Of a stretch of DNA of 36,491 nt, positions 1 through 7,889 are shown one piece after another. The translations under genes were made by a program, and so were the position numbers. The stretch is from Nanobdellota archaeon. GTDB taxonomy: Archaea > Nanobdellota > Nanobdellia > SCGC-AAA011-G17 > JACPIM01. How positions within the stretch are numbered: the first letter of the stretch is position 1; each line of letters begins with the position of its first letter. The DNA lies in assembly GCA_038046025.1 (NCBI GenBank), contig JBBSWZ010000075.1:1-36491 (forward strand). The letters are read 5' to 3'. The notes below the pieces were generated by a model. That model searched no databases and had not been told where the DNA came from. It was given only the letters and a program-made list of their open reading frames with translations.

Positions 1-2
1 AT

Positions 3-179
3 TATGAATTGGTTTATGATGATAGTGACAAAGTGCCTTTGGCTTTTGTAAATGGTATGTTGATTGGTCCTATGAGAATATGGAAGATTAATTATCCTCT
101 AAATTTTAAGTTAAATGAAACTGAATATGAATATTATACTAGATTTGATTATCCTGATCCTAGATTACAGTTGCCTTAG
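3..179 (+). CDS. 3' end of an unidentified gene (partial, enters from window start)
   Basis: The frame is open from the window edge to TAG 177-179 (...VPLAFVNGMLIGPMRIWKINYPLNFKLNETEYEYYTRFDYPDPRLQLP*). No motif recognised. Convergent with 176..1444 and overlaps it by 4 nt. Confidence 0.3.
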   Translation, partial: YELVYDDSDKVPLAFVNGMLIGPMRIWKINYPLNFKLNETEYEYYTRFDYPDPRLQLP

Positions 180-1444
180 ATTAATTTATTCTCTTTTAAT
201 TTATTAAAAATTGTCTTTGCTACAAATTCATTTCCAAATTTACTATAGTGTCCTCCATATTCTGTGTTGTCTGAGTATAATCTATCTAAATCTTTAACAT
301 TCAGTAATTCTTCTGTTAAGTCAATTATTATGAGATCATCTTTTAATGCTTGTTTAATATCTTGGTAGAAATGTTTATGCTTTTTTATATATGAAACATC
401 ATCTTTTTGAGGTAAAAATGTGAATACTGGAATGAATTTCTGTTCTTTTGAATAATTTATGAAATCTCTTATAATAGCTATTAATAAATTTGTGATTTCT
501 TTTTGTTTGTAGAGTTTTAAGCGCCATGCTTTGTTTATCCTCATTATCTTTTGCATTGCTTTTGCTTTATTTTTTTCAGATAGATTCCAGTAAATTAAAG
601 GGATATTCCTTGTTGGATTTTTTAAGATTGAGATTAAATAAGGAAATTGGATAAGTTCTTTTCTAAATTTAAATTTGTAGAAAAAATCTTCTTTTATTAT
701 TTCATCAATATATTTTTTATAATTATTATATTTATCTTCTGAGTCTATTGGTGTTTTTATCAATCTTAATTTGTTATTTTCTAATTTAAATCTTGGTTTA
801 AATGCAAATGTGTTTCCATATTCATAGAAATGCTTCCATGTGCTCATTATTCTGCTTACTGTATCTGGCACTACTCCTAATAACACTATTTTAGTTTTAT
901 TTTTTGGATATTCTTTTTTTAATCTTAATAATGCTTGGTCTATTCCATGATTACCTACACCAAAATTAGGCACATTAGATTTAGTTAATTTTGATAAGTA
1001 ATAAGGCCATGTTTCATTATCGTTTACTTGTCTGCTGAAAGTGAAAGAGTCTCCATAGCAAGAGATAATTGATTTTTTGTTTTCAAAGTTTGGATTTGTT
1101 CTTGCTCCATTTTTATTAATAGTCCATTTAGTTTTACCAAATTTACCTTTTTCCTCATGCTCAGTGTTTGGTTTTCTGATCCAACCTAATTCTGGATCAA
1201 AACCATGTGGCATGAACTTTTTTATACCTTCTGGATCTAATTTTGGTAGTAGATCTTTATTTTTGGTTATTAACCATTGAAATTTATTCCTTAAATGGTC
1301 TATTAGTAATTTTGATATTATTTCTAAGAATAGTAAAATAGATGCGTAGATTAGTAAGCCAGTGAGGTTAAATTTTAGATAGGATAGTATAGCTATTGCT
1401 ATAATAATTAATGAAACTATTACAGATTTGTAGTTGTATATCAT
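176..1444 (-). CDS. Membrane-anchored SGNH/GDSL-like hydrolase or acyl-esterase
   Basis: 422-aa ORF. It has an N-terminal hydrophobic segment (VIVSLIIIAIAILSYL...). GDS block: ISCYGDSFTFS. Gly block: NFGVGNHGIDQ. C-terminal ...YGGHYS... is a possible DxxH-type block. The ATG (1442-1444) overlaps the stop of the upstream gene by 1 nt. Confidence 0.5.
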   Translation of the reverse strand: MIYNYKSVIVSLIIIAIAILSYLKFNLTGLLIYASILLFLEIISKLLIDHLRNKFQWLITKNKDLLPKLDPEGIKKFMPHGFDPELGWIRKPNTEHEEKGKFGKTKWTINKNGARTNPNFENKKSIISCYGDSFTFSRQVNDNETWPYYLSKLTKSNVPNFGVGNHGIDQALLRLKKEYPKNKTKIVLLGVVPDTVSRIMSTWKHFYEYGNTFAFKPRFKLENNKLRLIKTPIDSEDKYNNYKKYIDEIIKEDFFYKFKFRKELIQFPYLISILKNPTRNIPLIYWNLSEKNKAKAMQKIMRINKAWRLKLYKQKEITNLLIAIIRDFINYSKEQKFIPVFTFLPQKDDVSYIKKHKHFYQDIKQALKDDLIIIDLTEELLNVKDLDRLYSDNTEYGGHYSKFGNEFVAKTIFNKLKENKLI

Positions 1445-2232
1445 TACGCATTTGGGTTATAGAACCTATTTAAATTATTTTCTTTTAGCCATTTAGTTGC
1501 TTTTTCATAGTCTTCGTTAGTGTCAAATTCCATCCAACCATTACTTATTATTATTGGATTTACTTCGTGATTTTTGTTTATTAATGATTGAATCATGTCT
1601 GTCATGTAAGCTTTTTTGAATGATTTAGAGTTTAACCATGGTACATCTTTGTCCCAGAATTTTTCTTTATTTTCATTATATACTTTTTTTAAGGCTTTAA
1701 CTCCTTTTTTTGAGAATTTTATTAAGCCAACATATCTTGTTCTTGCTTTTTCTAATTTGCAGTCTGGTGTGCCTAATTCAACAACTTTATCATCTTGTAT
1801 TATGAAACTTTCAACATCTTCTTCAGGATTGTCTAATCTAGCTTGCCAATATGGCCAATAAGAATTATCTGTAGTTACACCAATATCTACATCTGAATCC
1901 AGAATTTGTTGAATAATCCTCTTTTCATATAAAATATCTGCATAACAAACTAAAACTTCATCATTTAATTCTTGCTCTGCGCAGAACAAAGAAGCAACCA
2001 TATTTGTGTTTCCAAAATCTGGATTGTTGTAGTATTTTACTTTTTTTATGTTTACTTTATCTGGCATGTAGCCTGTTATTATTGAAATATCTGTTATACC
2101 ACAAGATCTTAGTGTTTCAACTTGTCTTTGAATTAATGATTTACCTGCAAAATTTAACATTCCTTTTGGTAGATTTTTTGTGTATTTATCTAATCTTGTA
2201 CCCATTCCCGCTGCTAATATTATTGCTTTCAT
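1444..2232 (-). CDS. LicC/GlmU-type NTP-transferase (putative cytidylyltransferase)
   Basis: The N-terminal MKAIILAAGMGTRL...LPKGML is the canonical nucleotidyltransferase G-loop. About 260 aa. The track start at 2241 is a TTG. The first ATG at 2230-2232 forms an ATGA overlap with the upstream stop (2229-2231), so I prefer 2232. Confidence 0.75.
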   Translation of the reverse strand: MKAIILAAGMGTRLDKYTKNLPKGMLNFAGKSLIQRQVETLRSCGITDISIITGYMPDKVNIKKVKYYNNPDFGNTNMVASLFCAEQELNDEVLVCYADILYEKRIIQQILDSDVDIGVTTDNSYWPYWQARLDNPEEDVESFIIQDDKVVELGTPDCKLEKARTRYVGLIKFSKKGVKALKKVYNENKEKFWDKDVPWLNSKSFKKAYMTDMIQSLINKNHEVNPIIISNGWMEFDTNEDYEKATKWLKENNLNRFYNPNA

Positions 2233-2915
2233 TTTTTCCAAAATAATTCTTTGTTTATGAACGCTTTAACTAATTTTTCATCTAATTCTTTGTCTGAGTT
2301 ATCTCTTTCTGGATGCCATAATATTCCTGCTATTGGATAATCTGGATGGTAAATTCCTTCAATAATTTTATCATCTGAGATTGCAAAATGTTTTAGTTTT
2401 GATGATAATTCTTTTTCTGTAAAACCTTGACTATGAAATGAATTTACAGTTGTTTTATTTTTTCCTAAGAATTTTGAAGATTCTTTATCTGTTATTTTAA
2501 TTTTATGTGTTACTGCAATATGATTAGTATTTAATTCTTCCTTTAAATTTTGGATTAAACTTCCCCTAAAGTAAACATTTAGAAATTGAGTTCCTCTACA
2601 TTCTGTAAAGACTGGTAATTTTTTTTGGATTGCTAAATCTAGTAATTTTTTTTCTGTATTATCTCTATTATCTGAATGATCTGATTTATATTTTGGTTCT
2701 TGATTGTATAATTTTGGATTTACGTTATTTCCTCCTGATAATATTATTCCGTGAATTGGTAATTCGAAGTATTTTTCAAAGTTTTTTGTGTTGTTAGAAA
2801 CTGGGATTAGCTTAATTCCATATTTTTCATAGTATCCAACATAATCCTGCTCTAGAGCATCTCTATTTGCTCCTTTTTCTGCAGGTACATCTCTTTGTGA
2901 AATTAGGACGAACAT
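2229..2915 (-). CDS. Class I glutamine amidotransferase-like / peptidase C26 gamma-glutamyl amidohydrolase
   Basis: 228 aa. GIILSGGNNVNP. Nucleophile elbow FTECRGTQFLNV (C-R-G-x-Q, as in PuuD-type C26 enzymes). HSQG... then ILWHPE supplying the His-(Pro)-Glu pair. One nt separates its ATG from the upstream stop. Confidence 0.75.
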   Translation of the reverse strand: MFVLISQRDVPAEKGANRDALEQDYVGYYEKYGIKLIPVSNNTKNFEKYFELPIHGIILSGGNNVNPKLYNQEPKYKSDHSDNRDNTEKKLLDLAIQKKLPVFTECRGTQFLNVYFRGSLIQNLKEELNTNHIAVTHKIKITDKESSKFLGKNKTTVNSFHSQGFTEKELSSKLKHFAISDDKIIEGIYHPDYPIAGILWHPERDNSDKELDEKLVKAFINKELFWKK

Positions 2916-2916
2916 G

Positions 2917-5775
2917 TTATACTCCTTTAAGATTAGTTATCTTATTCCCTTCACAATCTAACACTATGGATGATGAATTTTTAATATTATCGTATAAATT
3001 GCCACATCCAATTGCTGCTGGCAATCCAAATTCAGCACATCTTATAGACATATGTGAAGCTACTCCTCCATATTTAGTTATTAAACCAGCGGGATTTTTT
3101 GTGAATATCCAATCATATCCTGGGTCTCCATTCTCTAATAAAACAATCTTTCCCTTTAGGTCTGGTATTTCTTCTTTTTTTATTTTATTTAGATCAACTA
3201 GATCAGCGTAAATTTTTTTATTGGTTATAAAATTGGGCTTTGCTGTGAATTCAGATACTACATCAATATCTTTTTCTGAAAGTATTACTGGTGGTAAGAT
3301 TAGTTTTCTATTTATTTCCCTTTCTTTTTTTCTAGTTTCAATTAATTTTAAAAAAGACTTTTGTATTTCTTCTAAATTTTCTACATCTATTAGTCTAAAT
3401 AGATTTTCCAAAGCTAAAAAAGCCAAATCCTTTCTGGATAAGCTAATTTTTTCCCCCGCCTTTGCTATTAATTCTAAGGCTTCACTTAAATTCCTAGAAA
3501 ATTCAAATTTAGATAGCTCTCTTGCTTCTAAAGATTTTTTTATAAATTCGAATAATAATTCTGAGTTAATATTTAAGTTGTGTGAATTTAATTCTGATGA
3601 AATTTTATTGTGTATCTCTTGTGGTATTTTGAATGATGGTTCTTTATATTGTGATGATTTAAGATTAGAAAATAGGCTTGGATTAGAATCATATCTTAAG
3701 TTTGTGATATCATAAGTTCCTGGTCTTAGATGTCCATAGTTTTTTAAGAATTTTTCTTTTGTTAATTTTTTTTGTGTTAGTTTGTGAAAATCCTTAGTTA
3801 GCTGTTTTGCAATTGTATTTATAGAGTTTAAGAAAGAGTCATAAAATTGTTGATCTATCAAATTCCTATTTAATAGACTTTTTAATATTATTTTGCTTAT
3901 AAAAGCTAATCTGGCTATTCTAGAAAAGTGCAATGTTCCTTCCTTACAGCTTTCAAGAAGCCTTTTAGCTTGCTGTATTAGTTCTTGAGGAGTTAAATCT
4001 GATTTAAGCTCTATCTCTTTTACTTGTTCTCTTACAGATCTCATAGATTTTATCGAAGATAGATCTTTTTCTATTAAATCTTTATTTAGAAGGTTATTAG
4101 TTAATTTAATTAGTTCTTCTCTTAGTTCTTTTATTTCATTATAACTAAAATGGTTTTTTAGTTCTTTTATTCTTTCATCGAAAGTCAGATCATAACATGT
4201 ATAAAGAATATCAAATTCTACTTTGTCCTGTAATTCTGGATTGTTTTTTAATTTTTTTAAGTAGAAATTTACTAGTTTTTCTGATAGCGAATCTGATAGC
4301 GAATCTGGAATGAATGAATTAAAGTCATTTCTAACATTAATATATGGTTTGTTTCCAAATAGAACAAGAAGTTTGGCTGGTGAAACTTTTCTGTAGCCCT
4401 GATATGATCTTGCTTCATGCCATATCGAATCTGTAATTATAAATGAATATAAAGAATAGGCTAAGTGATTTGGGCTGTCTCCTATAATTTCAGCTGGATT
4501 CCAGTCTGGCATATCTGCAAAATGATTTTCATAACCAAAAAGATGATCTGGTTTACTAGATAAAGTGTGGAAGTTTTGTTTTAATTGATCTATTTTGTTT
4601 TTTACTTCTTCATCTAAACGAATATCTTTTTCTAAATTTACTGTAACTGGTCTTACTTGGAATATGATTATTTCTTTATTATCATTAATTGCAAATTCTA
4701 TGTCCAGTGTTAAATCTGGTATTAGGGATTCAATTTCATTTACTGATGTGATTAATTTTTTGAATAATTCCGGAATATTTTTTGGATCAGCAAATTTAGA
4801 AATCTTAATTGTTTTGTTTTCTTGACCTTTTGTTACTGTATCTGTTGAAGTTGTTTTATTATCATAATTTATTACATAATAAGGAGCATTATTTTCTAAG
4901 GATCTTGTGAAAAGAACTCCACTCATAATAATGTTTTCTGTTTGTTTTTGAATTAATATTTGATCTTTTGAATTTCTTGATTTTTTATTTGAATATGATT
5001 CAATAACTTTTATTATTGCGTTTTCTATTTCTCTTTTATTTTCAGATGAGATGTTTAATTCAGAATGAAAATATCCGGCCATTGAAGATTTTGTTGTGTC
5101 CTCCGTAATTGCTGAACTTCTAACTACAACCTTAGATGGGTTAAATGTATTTTGTACATTTTCTAGGATTCTTCCTTTGTTATTTTTCCAATCTAAAACT
5201 GTAAATGAATAAATTTCTTCTATTTTTGAATTTTTTAGTAGAGGTTTAAGATTTTTTAGAGTTTCAGCTTTAGTTGAGATTATTGATTGTTTAATCTCTG
5301 ATTTTTTGAAGTTTCTTAGTTTGAAAAAATTTGTAAATTCACCTAAATTTTGGAACTTTCCTTTATATTTATCAAGTAGGGTTGTTATTAGGTTTAAATC
5401 TGAAAATTGGTCATAGTTAGGATGTTTTATTATTTTTCCATTGATTGAGTTTAAGTAATCTGATTCTGGGAAATAATTGTAGTCTTCACTCCTAACCAAG
5501 ATTATTTCTGAATTTGGAAACTCTTTGTGTATTTTTTTTAGATTTTCTGTAGAATCTCTGCTTTCTTGTAAAATAACTCTATCAACACATTTTAAATTTT
5601 CAATTACTGCTTTTCTTTCATCTGGAGTTATGATAGATTCATCTGTTAAAATGCTACAGACATGAAAATCGGCTTGATTTTGGGCAAATTTTAAAGCTCT
5701 TAAATGTCCAAAATGGAAAAAATCTGTAGCTATTGTAGAATATGCTATTTTCCTAATTTTACTAGCTTCTACCAT
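2917..5775 (-). CDS. Fusion protein: HxGH cytidylyltransferase-like domain + PPDK_N ATP-grasp + PEP-utilizer phosphohistidine (swivel) domain
   Basis: The N-terminus has ...TDFFHFGHLRALKFA...CSILTDE..., a TagD/CTP_transf_like HxGH motif. The middle has VVVRSSAITEDTTKSSMAGYF, a PPDK_N/PEP-synthase ATP-grasp signature. The C-terminus has LITKYGGVASHMSIRCAEFGLPAAIGCG, the GG-x-x-SH phosphohistidine mobile domain. The track start 5781 is TTG. The first ATG is at 5773-5775. Confidence 0.75.
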   Translation of the reverse strand: MVEASKIRKIAYSTIATDFFHFGHLRALKFAQNQADFHVCSILTDESIITPDERKAVIENLKCVDRVILQESRDSTENLKKIHKEFPNSEIILVRSEDYNYFPESDYLNSINGKIIKHPNYDQFSDLNLITTLLDKYKGKFQNLGEFTNFFKLRNFKKSEIKQSIISTKAETLKNLKPLLKNSKIEEIYSFTVLDWKNNKGRILENVQNTFNPSKVVVRSSAITEDTTKSSMAGYFHSELNISSENKREIENAIIKVIESYSNKKSRNSKDQILIQKQTENIIMSGVLFTRSLENNAPYYVINYDNKTTSTDTVTKGQENKTIKISKFADPKNIPELFKKLITSVNEIESLIPDLTLDIEFAINDNKEIIIFQVRPVTVNLEKDIRLDEEVKNKIDQLKQNFHTLSSKPDHLFGYENHFADMPDWNPAEIIGDSPNHLAYSLYSFIITDSIWHEARSYQGYRKVSPAKLLVLFGNKPYINVRNDFNSFIPDSLSDSLSEKLVNFYLKKLKNNPELQDKVEFDILYTCYDLTFDERIKELKNHFSYNEIKELREELIKLTNNLLNKDLIEKDLSSIKSMRSVREQVKEIELKSDLTPQELIQQAKRLLESCKEGTLHFSRIARLAFISKIILKSLLNRNLIDQQFYDSFLNSINTIAKQLTKDFHKLTQKKLTKEKFLKNYGHLRPGTYDITNLRYDSNPSLFSNLKSSQYKEPSFKIPQEIHNKISSELNSHNLNINSELLFEFIKKSLEARELSKFEFSRNLSEALELIAKAGEKISLSRKDLAFLALENLFRLIDVENLEEIQKSFLKLIETRKKEREINRKLILPPVILSEKDIDVVSEFTAKPNFITNKKIYADLVDLNKIKKEEIPDLKGKIVLLENGDPGYDWIFTKNPAGLITKYGGVASHMSIRCAEFGLPAAIGCGNLYDNIKNSSSIVLDCEGNKITNLKGV

Positions 5776-5781
5776 ACCCAA

Positions 5782-5846
5782 TCACAAATATTTGCTAAGA
5801 TAATCTATTTATAAATCTTTATATATAGCTGAATTTTGCTATTCTT
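5782..5846. promoter_or_regulatory. Divergent promoter region with two back-to-back TATA-like boxes
   Basis: TTTATAAA (5808-5815, palindromic) and TTTATATA (5818-5825) lie in a 65-71 bp divergent spacer. The second box ends 22 nt before ATG 5847, which is leaderless geometry. The first box is 33-40 nt from ATG 5775 on the other strand. Confidence 0.4.
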
Positions 5847-7355
5847 ATGGCTAAAAAATTGAGCAATGAGTTAAAAGTAATATTGGCTAGTGCTAGTATT
5901 GCTTTTTTTGGATCTATAGTTAATAGGGTTTTTAATTATGTTTTAAGGATTTTAATAGCGAGGGGTTTGAGTGTTGAAGATTATGGATTATTTACTATTG
6001 CTATTATGGTAATGAGATTTACTATTGCTATATCTTTATTAGGTTTAGGAGAAGGGTTAGTTAGATATGTTTCATATTACAGAGGTTTAAAAGATGAAAG
6101 TAAGATTAAAGGAACAATATTTAGTTCATTTGGAATATCATTTTTATTTAGTTTAGTTATAACTATAATATTATTTTTTAGTGCTGAGTTTATAGCTGTA
6201 AATTGGTTTAATAGTCAAGAATTAATTCCTTTATTGAAAATATTTGTTTGGGCAATACCTATTGGTGTTATTGGTTCAAATTTAACAAGTTTGAATTTAG
6301 CTTTTGAAAAAATAAAATATAATTTCTGGTTAGTTGATTTTGGATCTCAAAGTTTAAGAGTTTTAACAATTGGTTTAGTTATTTTACTTGGATTAGGTAT
6401 TATTGGAGTTGGTTTTGCTTATTTGATTAGTTTTTGGTTTATAATTATAGTTATGTATTTAGTTGCAGAATCAAAAGTATTTCCTATCTTGAGGAGTAAA
6501 GTTAAATCAGAATATAATTTGAAAGAATTGTTTAGTTATTCTTGGCCTTTAATTTTTGTTGGTGTCTTAGGGTATGTTATGGGATGGACTGATACTTTTA
6601 TGATTGCTAATTTAACTAATATAACAAATGTTGGTTTGTATAATGCTGCTTTGCCTTTGGCTAATTTGCTGACATTATTACCTTTAATGTTTAGTCCTTT
6701 ATTTTTACCTTTGATAACCAAGAATTATGCTAAAAAGAAAATGGAATTAGTAAGTAGCTTAACTAAGAATGTTGGAAAATGGAGTTATATGGTTAACTTT
6801 CCTGTTTTACTTTTAATGTTATTATTTCCTGGATTATTTATAAATATTTTATTTGGTGTTGATTATTTAAGTGCAACTAATGCTTTGATTTATCTGGCTA
6901 TTGGGTTTTTCTTTTTTTCTTTGAGTTATCCTTCAATGCACTTATTAGGTATGATTAAGAAAACTAAATTGAGTTTGATAAATTTATTAATTGTTATCCC
7001 AATTAATGTTATATTAAATTATTATTTAATTATTGATTATGGTATAACTGGAGTTGCGATTGCTACTGCTATTTCATATATAATTTATAGTTTATTATTT
7101 ATTTTAGAAGGATATTATTATTTGAAATTAGTTCCTATTTCATTTAGATTTTGGAAGGCTACTTTAGCTGGTTTGATATCTTTAGGTATGATATTATTTA
7201 TAAGAAATTTAATTGAGGTTAATTTAGGATTTGCTATTTTGTTGGGAATTATGTTTTCTATAATTTATTTAGGTCTTTTATTCTTGTTTAAAGCTTTTGA
7301 TGAGTATGATAAGATGTTAGTTGGATTTTTGAGAACAAAGTTTTTAAAGAGATAA
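5847..7355 (+). CDS. Wzx-like oligosaccharide/polysaccharide flippase (MOP superfamily)
   Basis: 502 aa and almost entirely hydrophobic, with about 12-14 predicted helices. The N-terminal pattern (...ASASIAFFGSIVNRVFNYVLRILIARGLSVEDYGLF...) is typical of polysaccharide biosynthesis/flippase proteins. Located in a glycan cluster. Confidence 0.8.
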   Translation: MAKKLSNELKVILASASIAFFGSIVNRVFNYVLRILIARGLSVEDYGLFTIAIMVMRFTIAISLLGLGEGLVRYVSYYRGLKDESKIKGTIFSSFGISFLFSLVITIILFFSAEFIAVNWFNSQELIPLLKIFVWAIPIGVIGSNLTSLNLAFEKIKYNFWLVDFGSQSLRVLTIGLVILLGLGIIGVGFAYLISFWFIIIVMYLVAESKVFPILRSKVKSEYNLKELFSYSWPLIFVGVLGYVMGWTDTFMIANLTNITNVGLYNAALPLANLLTLLPLMFSPLFLPLITKNYAKKKMELVSSLTKNVGKWSYMVNFPVLLLMLLFPGLFINILFGVDYLSATNALIYLAIGFFFFSLSYPSMHLLGMIKKTKLSLINLLIVIPINVILNYYLIIDYGITGVAIATAISYIIYSLLFILEGYYYLKLVPISFRFWKATLAGLISLGMILFIRNLIEVNLGFAILLGIMFSIIYLGLLFLFKAFDEYDKMLVGFLRTKFLKR

Positions 7356-7399
7356 TTTTTTAGATAAATTTATTAAACTATTAAAAAATATTAAATAAG

Positions 7400-7657
7400 A
7401 TGTATGAACTATATCCAGCAAACAGGAGAGTTGAAAGGAAATTAGATAATTTAATTAAAACAAGAAAAGACATTATAGAGAAATTAAAAAGATTAAAAGA
7501 AGATCCTAGAAAGAATGTTGTGGCACATAAATTACATGGGCGTTTGGCTGGGAAATGGTCTTGTTGGTTAGGTTCAAATCTAAGAATAATATATATTATC
7601 AATGATTCTGAGAAAAAGATTGAAATTGAAGCTGTCGGAACACATAAAATCTATTGA
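7400..7657 (+). CDS. RelE/ParE-superfamily toxin (type II TA)
   Basis: 85 aa. The pattern ...DPRKN..AHKLHGRLAGKWSCWLGSNLRIIYIINDSEKKIEIEAVGTHKIY matches the RelE/YoeB-like layout (KL.G....W..R.G..RIIY.I......I.I...G.H..Y). Confidence 0.65.
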   Translation: MYELYPANRRVERKLDNLIKTRKDIIEKLKRLKEDPRKNVVAHKLHGRLAGKWSCWLGSNLRIIYIINDSEKKIEIEAVGTHKIY

Positions 7658-7806
7658 ATATTTAATTTTTTAAATTTTATTCCTTTTTTACGATTTTCTT
7701 CACTTTCTCTAATTTGATCCATTATTTCTCTATCCTGTAAAATCTCTATAGTTTCCTTCATTCCTTCATATTCTTTTCTTGATATCAAGATGGTTTCTTG
7801 TCCCAT
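7651..7806 (-). CDS. Small Phd/YefM-like antitoxin candidate (51 aa, not in ORF track)
   Basis: My own translation from ATG 7804-7806 (minus strand) gives MGQETILISRKEYEGMKETIEILQDREIMDQIRESEENRKKGIKFKKLNIQ*, with the stop at 7651-7653. The ISxxEYEgxxETxEIL...D.E....I motif is typical of Phd/YefM antitoxins. Convergent with the RelE-like gene and overlaps it by 7 nt. Confidence 0.45.
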   Translation of the reverse strand: MGQETILISRKEYEGMKETIEILQDREIMDQIRESEENRKKGIKFKKLNIQ

Positions 7807-7889
7807 TTTAATCTTTTTTATATACCATTTATATTAACTATTTATAGTATAGTAAACTATTTAAATATTATCTTTTTAAAATTTATTTA

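Noticed and set aside
4281-4307. A 12-bp tandem duplication, CTGATAGCGAAT x2 plus a partial third unit.
   Set aside because: It is in frame inside the large kinase-like gene and encodes DSLSDSLS in a linker-like region. It looks like a simple slippage duplication rather than a regulatory or repeat element.
2917-5775. Reading the 952-aa protein as a housekeeping PEP synthase or pyruvate phosphate dikinase.
   Set aside because: I see no recognisable C-terminal PEP/pyruvate-binding TIM-barrel domain after the swivel domain, because the protein ends about 50 aa after GGVASH. It also carries an unrelated N-terminal HxGH domain and is operonic with a C26 amidohydrolase and a nucleotidyltransferase. 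A rifampin-phosphotransferase-like or other small-molecule kinase role still cannot be excluded without a phylogeny.
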